A DNA stretch of 64,000 nt from a virus. Below, in pieces: positions 28,338-37,693 of the stretch. The stretch lies in IMG/VR virus record IMGVR_UViG_3300042691_030776, one strand, 5' to 3'. Numbering within the stretch: position 1 is the first letter of the stretch; every line of letters begins with the position of its first letter. A program made the position numbers and the translations under genes. Below the pieces are notes generated by a model. The model did no database searches and was not told the DNA's origin. It was given only the letters and a program-made list of their open reading frames with translations.

Positions 28338-30121
28338 TGTGCTTTAAACTGTTTATAAAGGCTGGTCAAATGAGACTCTATATCTGCTTCTTCTTGCACA
28401 CGCACGGCTGTGACCGGAACCGTGGTCTGACCATTGCCAGCAATGTCTCGTTTTTCTTTGTTCAATCCACCTGCTATGGTCTTGGTCATGTACTCTGTGC
28501 TTTGCACTTCTGGTTCTGGACTGTTGGCAACATCTTCTTCCATTTGCTCGCAACCACATCCTTGCTGGCCGCAAACAGGGCAAGTTTCTTTGTAGCCGCC
28601 AGCGGAACCAAGACCGGCTAGTTTGAGAATCTGTGCTAGTTTTACTGCATCTTCGTCTGTGGCATTGACCGAGAGACTTTTTGTACCATCTTCGCCCATG
28701 CTCATGTTGATGCTCATGCCTTCTGACAGCATGTTGAGTTTCTTTTCAAAACTTTCTGCGATCTGGCTTTCGTAAACACCTTTGCCAAATATCATACCTT
28801 TTTTACCTTTGCCGCCTGTGGGTGCCGGTGCTACTGATCCCGCTACTGTTGACTCTTCGGTTTCTTCCTTCTTTTTCTTTTCAGGAAGACCTTTGTGTTT
28901 AGTTTTTGCAAAATCTTCAACATCGCCCTTCTTCATTGTACGGGCAACTTTTTTAAGCTCAGGACTTGCGCCTCTGATCTTTTCACCTTTTTGCATGGCA
29001 TGTGCCATACCCATGAAACGTTGTTGCTTTTTGCTTACGGCTTTTTCAGCAACAGGCATTTCTTCGCCACGTTCGGCTTCTTGGCTGGACATATAGTCAC
29101 GTGCTGTGTCAATGTAATCCATGGCCTTGGTAATCTTTGATTGCACCCACTCTGGTAAGTTCTGATCATCGCCTAGGATATCATGCAGTTCTTTGGCAGC
29201 GGCTTCAATGGTATGAAGTTGTTCTTTGGCCATGTCGCCTTCACGATCATATTCACCACGATCCACTAACTGTGTTTCGTCTTCTTTCATCTTGAGAAGT
29301 TTGCTACGACCTGTGGGACCTTTGGCTCCTAGTTTGCGACCTGTGCCTGCTGGACGACCTTTTTTCTTAGGACCATCGTCTTTGGTCTTGGATTTTTTCT
29401 TTGCCTTGAGATTACCATGTTCGTCATAGTCATCATCTGACGTGTCGTCACGGTCGCTACGGTATCCATACTTCTTGTGTATGTTACGCTCGCTTTCGGG
29501 ATCTTTCTGATTCTTGCTCATGGCACCTTGTAAGCCTTTGAGCAACTTCATGTCTAGTTCTTCAAGATTACCTTCGCGTACAGTTTCCATGTCTCCATCG
29601 CCGTCAAGGTCGGCTTTCTTTAGTCCAGCGGCACGAGCTTTCATCAAGTTGCCTGTGAACTTGTTGCCTTCTTCCATGTCGGCTTCGTCCATCTTATCAT
29701 ACTTGGCACGAATGTTAGCCATTTTGTCTTTGCTGGCGCCTTCACGACCGGCCTTCTGCAACGCCTTCATACCAGTTTCGCCATATTTCTTTTTGCCTAG
29801 ATATGCTTGCAGTGCGCTTTCATCCATGCCACTCTCTTCCACATCTTCTTTGGCTCGCAGTTTCTTCAACACAGCGCCAGCAACTTTTTCACCGCGCTCT
29901 GCTGAGCCATAGGCCTTGCCGGCCTTGGCAGCGATTGTGGCAAATGCTTTGCCTGGCTTGCCAATGTCTTTGCCAGCACGAGCGGCCTTGGCGCTATAAT
30001 CAGCTTCTTCCATTTTACCTTTGCCATCTTCAGCATAGTCAGGAATACCATTTTTGTTGGCATCTGGTCGTTTACTTTCCAGCAAGTTCATCTTACCTAG
30101 TATGTCATACATGTTGTTCAT
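28334..30121 (-). CDS. modular prohead-core/internal polyprotein with a DUF3008-like segment
   Basis: Repeated (M/L/V/I)xE boundaries, K/A-rich modules, AVSKKQQRFMG...DFAKTKHKGLPEK, ILKLAGL; start placed at 30121 from SD AAGGA spacing. Confidence 0.65.
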   Translation of the reverse strand: MNNMYDILGKMNLLESKRPDANKNGIPDYAEDGKGKMEEADYSAKAARAGKDIGKPGKAFATIAAKAGKAYGSAERGEKVAGAVLKKLRAKEDVEESGMDESALQAYLGKKKYGETGMKALQKAGREGASKDKMANIRAKYDKMDEADMEEGNKFTGNLMKARAAGLKKADLDGDGDMETVREGNLEELDMKLLKGLQGAMSKNQKDPESERNIHKKYGYRSDRDDTSDDDYDEHGNLKAKKKSKTKDDGPKKKGRPAGTGRKLGAKGPTGRSKLLKMKEDETQLVDRGEYDREGDMAKEQLHTIEAAAKELHDILGDDQNLPEWVQSKITKAMDYIDTARDYMSSQEAERGEEMPVAEKAVSKKQQRFMGMAHAMQKGEKIRGASPELKKVARTMKKGDVEDFAKTKHKGLPEKKKKEETEESTVAGSVAPAPTGGKGKKGMIFGKGVYESQIAESFEKKLNMLSEGMSINMSMGEDGTKSLSVNATDEDAVKLAQILKLAGLGSAGGYKETCPVCGQQGCGCEQMEEDVANSPEPEVQSTEYMTKTIAGGLNKEKRDIAGNGQTTVPVTAVRVQEEADIESHLTSLYKQFKAQ

Positions 30122-30131
30122 TTTCATTTCC

Positions 30132-30734
30132 TTATCTGGCTGAGCTGTGTACAGCTGGTATTTTGTTTTTTCCACCAATGGGACTCTTGTCTCCCATTGG
30201 GAAGTCGTCTGTGGTCACTGCTGGTGGAGTCTTACCTCCAGCCACAGTAAACGAACTCTTGTAAGCGTTCTTGACCACAACTTGATGTTCTTTAGGGGCT
30301 GCAGAATAATCTTTTTTAAGATCACGTTGCTGTTTATCAGGGGCAGGATAATCAGTATCAGTGAGAAGATTTTTGCTTTCAGCATCTTGCTTGACTGCTT
30401 CTTGTTCGGCACTGTCAGCATACTGTTTATCAAGTATGCAGATGCGATTGGGATCCAGACCTAGTAACTCAGCTATCTGGGTGATCTGTGGTGGAGTTGC
30501 TGGATAGTTAAATGTTACATCAACGAATGTCATGCTTTCGTTTGGATACTTGGGAAAATCAGGCAGATTTTTCTGCACTGGTGTTTTCTTGGCATCAGTC
30601 ATTGACACCACATCAAACTGCTTGAGTTTTTCTTTGAACCCAGCCATGAAACCAGGAGGTAAATCTCCTGCTATTTTGATGCGATAATCGTATGTTTGTT
30701 TAGATTCTGTTAGGTATTCTGCAAAAGTTTTCAT
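30132..30734 (-). CDS. putative capsid-internal/prohead protein (MKTFAEYLTE N-terminus)
   Basis: N-terminus resembles the T4 internal-protein capsid-targeting sequence; late box at 30757-30752. Confidence 0.7.
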   Translation of the reverse strand: MKTFAEYLTESKQTYDYRIKIAGDLPPGFMAGFKEKLKQFDVVSMTDAKKTPVQKNLPDFPKYPNESMTFVDVTFNYPATPPQITQIAELLGLDPNRICILDKQYADSAEQEAVKQDAESKNLLTDTDYPAPDKQQRDLKKDYSAAPKEHQVVVKNAYKSSFTVAGGKTPPAVTTDDFPMGDKSPIGGKNKIPAVHSSAR

Positions 30735-30759
30735 ATCAATCCCCTATATCATATTTAGC

Positions 30760-31245
30760 CTATTCAGGCTTCTTTGGTTGTTCGCGTCGTACCAAACGAT
30801 CCAGCAGTTCATTGCGATCCAAGATATGTCCTGTGCCTGTTGTAACCGTGGGCCCATCGTCGGCAGCGTCTCTGTCCATCTTTGCTTTTTGCAACTGTAG
30901 TTGTATCATCTTGAGTTTTTTGTTCATCTTGGCTGTTTTGGCAGTGATGGCATGGCCTAGCATGGCTCCGGCCACAGCAAAAATCTCAGAAGCATATCTA
31001 CTGTCAACTTGCATACCCAGATCCATGAGACTATCGTAGCTTTCTGTGGCTTTTTTGGCCAGCTCGTCCATTTCTGTATCTGACGCTTCTAACCCTTTTA
31101 CTGTGGGCAGTGCAGATTCTATCTTGTCCAAGGTGGCCAAAGATTCGGGCAGTATAGGGAGCACGGGTTCTGACGGCGTTTGATCGTCTAGAGATTCATC
31201 CTCTTTGCGAGGAAGATCAAACAGTTCTTCAAGTTTTCGAGTCAT
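30760..31245 (-). CDS. hypothetical protein, possibly terminase small subunit (gp16-like)
   Basis: 161 aa, helical/coiled-coil, late promoter. The terminase role is inferred only from size, composition and the C-terminal DRNELLDRL. Confidence 0.4.
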   Translation of the reverse strand: MTRKLEELFDLPRKEDESLDDQTPSEPVLPILPESLATLDKIESALPTVKGLEASDTEMDELAKKATESYDSLMDLGMQVDSRYASEIFAVAGAMLGHAITAKTAKMNKKLKMIQLQLQKAKMDRDAADDGPTVTTGTGHILDRNELLDRLVRREQPKKPE

Positions 31246-31261
31246 GCGGGTATTTACCGCA

Positions 31262-31696
31262 TTATTTCTTGCCGTTACGGAAGATATCGTCTTCGGTGAT
31301 CACACGGAACTGTATACCTTGACGGCGACACCACTTGGTGGCCGCGTCCCATTTGGCATAGTTTACAGCAACAATGGCGCGGTCTCGTACCGACGCTTTG
31401 CTTTCTAGTATGCTTTGTTTCTTGGGCTTGATCTCAATGAGTTCAGTTTTCACTGTGTTGTCACGTGTGCGGTACTGTATTAAGAAATCAGGAATATAGT
31501 TGGTCATCTTTCCTGTGAGTGGATTACGATATGGAATAGATATAGATTCGCTGGCCCAGCCCACGATGCTGTCATTGTTGTCGCAAAATCGCATGAAAGC
31601 ATGTTCCCATCCAGATCGGTATTTGGGTTTGCTTTTGCCCATATACTTCTGTGGATTAACGACTTCAAAGAATCCTTGTGCGTAGTTCCTGCTCAT
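31262..31696 (-). CDS. head completion nuclease (T4 gp4-like, TnsA-type fold)
   Basis: NPQKYMG, YRSGWE, WASE, YIPDF, LIEIKPKKQ, NYAKWDAA, FRVITEDD. Confidence 0.9.
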   Translation of the reverse strand: MSRNYAQGFFEVVNPQKYMGKSKPKYRSGWEHAFMRFCDNNDSIVGWASESISIPYRNPLTGKMTNYIPDFLIQYRTRDNTVKTELIEIKPKKQSILESKASVRDRAIVAVNYAKWDAATKWCRRQGIQFRVITEDDIFRNGKK

Positions 31697-32052
31697 GGTA
31701 ATACATTACGAGCCGCATAGAAGTTAGGAGTGACTAACGCATTGATTCCCAACAGTGTAGCATTGCTACGTTGATTGTTGAGATAATAACACAGTGTTGA
31801 ACTCAACTCCAGTTGGTCTTGTCCTTGTATCTCTGCCAAAAGATCCATCACAGGTCTTTTGCTATAGTCTGCCACTTGGAATAAACTTACTGTAAAGTTT
31901 TGAGCCGCAAGTTTGTCTTTGAATGTTCTGTTGAAATAGCTGAGCACTGCGTCATATTGATCAACTGGAACTTCTATTTCAAAAGTATAGAATCGATCAA
32001 AAACTTTGACCGTGGTATCAACTTTTGGATCGCTGTAGTTTATTGTGCTCAT
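31693..32052 (-). CDS. hypothetical protein
   Basis: 119-aa ORF coupled to both neighbours in the tail operon. Confidence 0.7.
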   Translation of the reverse strand: MSTINYSDPKVDTTVKVFDRFYTFEIEVPVDQYDAVLSYFNRTFKDKLAAQNFTVSLFQVADYSKRPVMDLLAEIQGQDQLELSSTLCYYLNNQRSNATLLGINALVTPNFYAARNVLP

Positions 32053-33254
32053 CAGGGTACGTTCTGTGTATTTGGACCAGTCAGCGTGGGTGTAGCTGAT
32101 CTTGGGGTAGCTGGAGTGGTAGTGGTTGAGTTACTTTGTGCTGGTACTTTGGGGAAGAAGAAACCGTCAGCTTTGTTGGCAACTTGTTTCACCGCTCCTG
32201 GCAACTCTCCACGTATGACATCTTTGACCACTGCGTTCGCTTCATTGCGAACGATGCTCTGTAGATTTTTACCTTTGAATGTCTGATATGCTGTGCCAGC
32301 TTTTTGCACAGCACCAATGATACCCAACACTGAACCAGATTGTAAGTCATTGACTATGCCACCCACTGTGTCAACAAGACCGCCTTGGCCAAGTATGGTT
32401 GCGCTGTTGCCCAGCCGACTCAATGGACTGCGTTGAGTATCATAGTTGGCAGGATCAGCAAAGCCTTTGATGTTGGCACTGGGGCGAGACGTATCAATTT
32501 TACCTTGATAGTATTTCACTGTTTCATAACGCACCGTCATCTGATGTTCCATAAGTCCATTGCCTTGGCTGTAGTCATATGTATCATGGCGCCACTCAGT
32601 GATCATAGGATTGATCAACACATAAGCGCAGAAGTCATGTTGACTCATACCATAAATGGTTATGTCTTTGAAGAACGGTGGTTTACCAGACACTCCAGCG
32701 GCACCATCGCTGTAGCTCTCGCCGACATAGCCCCAGTCGTTGACCGTACGGCCATCTTCATAGATATCTCTGCCGTTGTAACTGAGTTTGGGATCGCCAC
32801 CATTGCCGCTTTGTCCTAGGCTGCCTTGTGTCACAGGCACCCCCCAGTATTGTTGGGTTGGATCTTTGTAGTAGTAAGCAAAATAGTTATACCACATGTT
32901 ACGGATCAAATCGTTTCCGTCGTCATGAAAGGTAAACTGACAAGGATTATAGTTAATCTTTTTCTGGATCAATCGTTTACGGTTGTACTGATTCATTGTT
33001 TCTACATCAATGTCATAGTTTGGTAACTGCACTGTTTTGACTAGGAGACCAATGTCCTCTTGGTCCGCTCGATTGAAAACTTCTTTGAGCTTGGGAATCT
33101 CTACAGTGTTGAGATTGAAATAGACGTGAAAAAGAAACTTATAACGAGGCGCCAGCTGATAACCGTTGGCACGGAAAGTCTTGCTGGCGTGTGTGTAGTC
33201 CTTTAGATAATCACTTCCAAAGAACCCCTTTAGGAAGTCCGCTCCAAAGGCCAT
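32052..33254 (-). CDS. tail tube-fold baseplate/tube initiator protein (gp54/gp48-like)
   Basis: PRYKFLFHVYF, VKTVQLP, QYNRKR, FTFHDD, MTVRYE; follows the tail tube gene. Confidence 0.6.
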   Translation of the reverse strand: MAFGADFLKGFFGSDYLKDYTHASKTFRANGYQLAPRYKFLFHVYFNLNTVEIPKLKEVFNRADQEDIGLLVKTVQLPNYDIDVETMNQYNRKRLIQKKINYNPCQFTFHDDGNDLIRNMWYNYFAYYYKDPTQQYWGVPVTQGSLGQSGNGGDPKLSYNGRDIYEDGRTVNDWGYVGESYSDGAAGVSGKPPFFKDITIYGMSQHDFCAYVLINPMITEWRHDTYDYSQGNGLMEHQMTVRYETVKYYQGKIDTSRPSANIKGFADPANYDTQRSPLSRLGNSATILGQGGLVDTVGGIVNDLQSGSVLGIIGAVQKAGTAYQTFKGKNLQSIVRNEANAVVKDVIRGELPGAVKQVANKADGFFFPKVPAQSNSTTTTPATPRSATPTLTGPNTQNVP

Positions 33255-33259
33255 ATTCG

Positions 33260-33877
33260 TTAACCTGTTACTACGTCGCCAAGTGTTCTGCCCACTGTTG
33301 CGCCAACACCAGAACCAATAGGAGTTTGGATAGCGTTGTCGAAGCGGATGTTCATGGTGATAGTAACTGCCGCACTCTCTGCGTAGTTAAGGTCGTTGTA
33401 GTTGACTGAAGTCAAATAGCAACCGTACAGTTCCCAAGTTTCGAGAACCACAGGAGTGGCTACACCGTTGCCACCGTCGAGTATTTCGCAACGTGTGGTA
33501 AACTTGTAGTCGATACCTGAGCTTGCAGAAGCCTGTTCCATAAAGTCCAACTGCTTCTGTAGTTGTTCGCCAACCAGCTTGGAAACATTGCCACCTGCAT
33601 CATCACGCAAGTTGACAGTAATAGCTTCCCAACTATACTTGCCAGCCAAATAGATGGTGGAGTTGTAGATTGGTACTTGCATTTCTTCAAAGCTCACCGA
33701 AGGGCGTGTGAAGTCGATGACTTGTTTGGTCAGTTCGGTCCTTGGTGTGCTGACTCCAAGATTCTCAAACACCGCACGGAAGCGATACTTGAGCTTTGGC
33801 ATGAGCAAGCCTTGTGTTGGGCTTGACTGATCACTGGCCAAAGGCACGGTCATTCTAGTTAATGATGCGATGGACAT
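33260..33877 (-). CDS. tail tube protein (gp19-like)
   Basis: PKLKYRFR, YLAGKYSWEAITVNLRDD, WELYGCY, ITMNIRFD; immediately after the sheath gene; SD AGGAGA and late box. Confidence 0.85.
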   Translation of the reverse strand: MSIASLTRMTVPLASDQSSPTQGLLMPKLKYRFRAVFENLGVSTPRTELTKQVIDFTRPSVSFEEMQVPIYNSTIYLAGKYSWEAITVNLRDDAGGNVSKLVGEQLQKQLDFMEQASASSGIDYKFTTRCEILDGGNGVATPVVLETWELYGCYLTSVNYNDLNYAESAAVTITMNIRFDNAIQTPIGSGVGATVGRTLGDVVTG

Positions 33878-33918
33878 GTTTGTCTCCTATTATGTAATTA
33901 TTTATGGCAGATGAGATC

Positions 33919-33947
33919 AAAAAAAATGGGGCCAAAGCCCCATTTTT
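33919..33947 (-). terminator. rho-independent terminator after the sheath gene
   Basis: aaaaatgggg-ccaaag-ccccattttt hairpin with flanking A/T runs. Confidence 0.75.
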
Positions 33948-33964
33948 CTGCATTATCGATACCG

Positions 33965-36900
33965 TTAGACGGTACTTGACGTTGCGACCTGACCTGCTGA
34001 TATCTCACCTGTGTTCTTGATTCTAACAGGAATGTAGATAAACTCAACTGCTTTGACTGGCTCGATAGCAATATCAACAAACAGTTCGTTTCTATCAATA
34101 CGAGATGGTGTGTTGTTTGATTCATCGCACACGACCAAGTAGTCATAAACACCGCGCTTGGCAACCAAATCGTTGAGCAAGTTTTCAATGGAGTTAGAAA
34201 TCTCATCACGTGTGATTTGATCGTTGGGTTCAAACACAAAGTTTTTACCAATGGTTTCAAGTCTAGCACGAAGGAATGCAACCAAACGTGCCACATTGAT
34301 GCGATCCAGTGCGCTAGGCAACGAAGCTTCGGTCTTGTTACCGTAGTTAAGAATACCAGATCCTGGCAAGAATGTGATTGGGTTGATCTTGTTTTCATAC
34401 AACACGTCACGTATGCCTTGACGGATAGCTGTTGACACAAACTGTCCTGTCTGAGCGTTGACATATCCCAGAGAGAAAGCGTTGTCAACAATACCGCGGC
34501 GTGTACCTGCCGGTGCCAACCATGGGTAGCTAACTTCGTCACTGCGCAAAATAGTACGGATCATCATATGGCTTGGTGGTTGTACCACAGTGGCACCAGT
34601 CAAATCTGTTGTTTGGCAGCTTGGGTAGAATGTACCCATGTATGCATCTGCTGTGACCAAGCCATCTTCACTATCAACACCAACTCCCGATGCATTGGTA
34701 GCCCAAGCAGTGATAGCATCAGCATTGTCTGCTAGACGCATTGGTGTGTCACCAATCACAAACGCTGTGTTGCTACGCTCGTTGTTGAGCGCAACCATAT
34801 TGGGTATCAACTCAGGATAGTTGGGTGTAGCAATCAAGTTGAACTGGCGTTGTTCTTCGCGCAGTTCCTGGTTGCTGTCAATGCTTGACTTCATGGCAGC
34901 TACGACCATGGCACGAACTGCTTTACGTCCCATGTATGGCGCACCATTGTCTTGCAACCCGCTGGCAGTGACCCAAGCGTTGGTCACAGTTCCTGTGAAC
35001 GTTGGGTAATCAGTGGCGTTGAAGTAGTCAACTTGGAAGCTCTTGACGTTGAATCCTGAACGACGTAGGTTAAATGCCAACATACCTTCTGGATATAGTG
35101 TGTAGTCTGGAGCATCTGGATCCAAGTAGTCACTGGTCAATAAGCTGGTAATGCTTGGAATCGGATCAGTGATAGGATCTGTGTCTCCATTGGTTGCCCA
35201 TCGGAAGTCTGCAAACAACACACCATTTGGTGTTGTTTGATCAGTGTTGTCAATCAGCACCCATTGATCTGTGCCATCTACGCTTTCCCAACGCTTGATG
35301 ATTGGATACTGTTCAAGATCGCTGGTATCGATCCACAGATCACCATACACAAGATCTGTGCCATCGGTCTGCTTGGTAGGAGCTGTTACAGAAATGATTG
35401 GCCCTGTTGGGTTGGTGTTGGCAAGATTATAACCACGTGCATCGTTGGTCACTGTCTTGTAGCCTTTCCAGTTATTGCCATCATTGACCATGATGTCAAC
35501 TTGATCTGTGGCTGAATAGTACCACAAACGACCGTCAACTGGATCTTGATCTGGTGCTTCGCTAGAAGCAGTATATGTCAATGATACCCAGTTGCTGAGT
35601 ATGACACCGTTGGCTGGATCATCAGGTGTAGCATATTTGACTCCTTCAACCGAGGTATTAAATCCAGCATCGGCCACTGGTGTGCCAGCTGTGTCAACTA
35701 GAATAATGCTACCACCTTGTGTGTGCTGTATTTGTACAGAGCCATCGCTGGTCACAGCGGCAGTGGTATTGGCCACGTTGGCTGCTAGGAAAGCAGTGAC
35801 AAAATCTGTAGCTGTAGTACCACCAAGTGTGGCAGTCACGGGTGATGTCAATACACTGCTATTCTTGGCGCTGGCCTGGATAGTAAACGTGTCACCAGGT
35901 GTAAATGTTGGTGATGTGTCATCACCATTGATGATTGTGTTACCGGCCTGTAGGCGTTCAAAAATCTTGAGTGTGAACGTGTCATCTTCGTTGACATCAT
36001 ACTGGGCATAGGTACTGCCTGCTGTGATGTTACGTCCGCCGCCAGCTGGATCAAGAGCTTTGTTTGCACTCTGATCGTTTTCATACACAGGGCAGTTTTG
36101 TTGTACAAACAATCCCAAAGTCGCATTGTATTTTTTTACAACCAAATCAGTTCCCTGGTTGACATTGTTTGTCTTGTTCCAAACTGAACCTGATGGGTGT
36201 GGTTCTGGACTGCTCGATCTCCACTGTGGCACTGTATAGTTTGGCGATGCTTGCAATACAGGAGCATAGTAAATGCGTGGTGTGATACCGACCGCAGCCA
36301 ATACTCCACCTGAACCGTCAGTGACATCAAGTATACCATTGCCGCTGTCAGTAGAACCATCATTGGTACCACGGCTGTCAATGTAGATTACTAACTTTCC
36401 GCTAACATTCTGAGCACTGATGCCTGAGTTGCTGGCCATGGTAGAGTTAATGGTTGTGGCCAACTGAGTAACTGTTGTACCTGAGAAGTTGATCAACACA
36501 TCATTAAGGAAGAAAGTACCTGCACTCAACGTTGGATTGGTTGCTGTGCCAATCACTGATGGCCATGAATTTTTCCAATCATCACTGCCCACCAAGACCC
36601 AACTGTTGGCAACCACTGTAGGATTGCTCACTGTGTTACCAGCAGTTTTGTAGTACACCGGATTGCTTGAGTTGGTTGCTACAACAGCATAGTCACCAAT
36701 GTTACCGATGGAATCTTTTGGCACGCCGCTGTCAAGATCATCTGTGCTGGTAATCACTATAGGAGTCTTAAGGGTAAAGGCTGAAGTTGTATAACTCCAT
36801 TCAAAAATACCCCAAGCAGAATCTAGGGTGTCTAGCCAGTAGGTTCCGTTGTCAGGACTACCAGTTGGACGTGTCAAGCTGGCTGTGAGCTCGCTGAGAT

Positions 36901-37243
36901 CAATGTCGGCACGTTGTACATAGCAACGATTTGAAATACCCAACGAAGAGTAAGCGGCAAGCAAACCATATTCGTTGAGCTCGTAGCCGTTGATTGGTGT
37001 ACCAGCAGTGGTCTGATAAAAGAATGGATTACCAAACGTATTGACCAAGTCTCTCTGTGAAGAGATTAAATAAACCTTGCCAGCGTTAACCGCTGTGGTG
37101 CCGGCTGCAACGCCTACACCGCTACCACTGATCTTGTTCTGCGCTGTGGCGATCAAGATAAATGGTACTGAATTAGTTGGGGCTGGTAAGTAGTTACTTT
37201 CGTCGATGATAGTAACTTCTACGCCTGGGGAAACTAGTGCCAT
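33965..37243 (-). CDS. tail sheath protein (gp18-like) with large insertion domains
   Basis: MALVSPGVEVTIIDES, PWLAPAGTRRG, LYENKINPI, DRINVARL, FEPND, DIAIEPVKAVEFIYIP. Confidence 0.95.
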   Translation of the reverse strand: MALVSPGVEVTIIDESNYLPAPTNSVPFILIATAQNKISGSGVGVAAGTTAVNAGKVYLISSQRDLVNTFGNPFFYQTTAGTPINGYELNEYGLLAAYSSLGISNRCYVQRADIDLSELTASLTRPTGSPDNGTYWLDTLDSAWGIFEWSYTTSAFTLKTPIVITSTDDLDSGVPKDSIGNIGDYAVVATNSSNPVYYKTAGNTVSNPTVVANSWVLVGSDDWKNSWPSVIGTATNPTLSAGTFFLNDVLINFSGTTVTQLATTINSTMASNSGISAQNVSGKLVIYIDSRGTNDGSTDSGNGILDVTDGSGGVLAAVGITPRIYYAPVLQASPNYTVPQWRSSSPEPHPSGSVWNKTNNVNQGTDLVVKKYNATLGLFVQQNCPVYENDQSANKALDPAGGGRNITAGSTYAQYDVNEDDTFTLKIFERLQAGNTIINGDDTSPTFTPGDTFTIQASAKNSSVLTSPVTATLGGTTATDFVTAFLAANVANTTAAVTSDGSVQIQHTQGGSIILVDTAGTPVADAGFNTSVEGVKYATPDDPANGVILSNWVSLTYTASSEAPDQDPVDGRLWYYSATDQVDIMVNDGNNWKGYKTVTNDARGYNLANTNPTGPIISVTAPTKQTDGTDLVYGDLWIDTSDLEQYPIIKRWESVDGTDQWVLIDNTDQTTPNGVLFADFRWATNGDTDPITDPIPSITSLLTSDYLDPDAPDYTLYPEGMLAFNLRRSGFNVKSFQVDYFNATDYPTFTGTVTNAWVTASGLQDNGAPYMGRKAVRAMVVAAMKSSIDSNQELREEQRQFNLIATPNYPELIPNMVALNNERSNTAFVIGDTPMRLADNADAITAWATNASGVGVDSEDGLVTADAYMGTFYPSCQTTDLTGATVVQPPSHMMIRTILRSDEVSYPWLAPAGTRRGIVDNAFSLGYVNAQTGQFVSTAIRQGIRDVLYENKINPITFLPGSGILNYGNKTEASLPSALDRINVARLVAFLRARLETIGKNFVFEPNDQITRDEISNSIENLLNDLVAKRGVYDYLVVCDESNNTPSRIDRNELFVDIAIEPVKAVEFIYIPVRIKNTGEISAGQVATSSTV

Positions 37244-37345
37244 GTGTCTGTTCCTTTAATAAAAAGTGCTATTCATATTTAGCGGCAGGCACCAAAACCG
37301 CCGTCTAACCTTGCCCTTACGTAAGGTTTTGCGGTAAATATCTAT

Positions 37346-37693
37346 ATGCCAAGACCCATTTGTAAAGCCTGTGACAAGCGAGAGGCTGCCATTAACTGCT
37401 ATCGTGACGACAGAGTTTACTATCGAAGCCGATGTGATACCTGTATCCGTAAAGGTCGCAAACAAAAACCAGCTGTGCCTAGATGGCAATCAGCTGGTTA
37501 TAAGAAAAAAATGACCTGTGATCGATGTGGGTTTAGAGCCAAGAGCACTGCACAAATCTTAGTGTATCATGTGGACGGCAATCTCAATAACAGCGAACTC
37601 CGCAATCTCAAAAGCATCTGCTTAAACTGTACTGCCGAAGTCACTCGAAGTGATTTACCTTGGCGTCGCGGAGACCTTGAAGAAGATCGTTGA
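37346..37693 (+). CDS. HNH-type zinc-finger endonuclease
   Basis: CKAC...CDTC; CDRCG...VYHVDGNLNN...NLKSICLNC. Confidence 0.75.
   Translation: MPRPICKACDKREAAINCYRDDRVYYRSRCDTCIRKGRKQKPAVPRWQSAGYKKKMTCDRCGFRAKSTAQILVYHVDGNLNNSELRNLKSICLNCTAEVTRSDLPWRRGDLEEDR

Noticed and set aside
33898-34542. 214-aa alternative-frame ORF overlapping the sheath 3' end
   Set aside because: No RBS or promoter, no recognisable motif, and it runs through the terminator; no slippery site identified to support a frameshift product.
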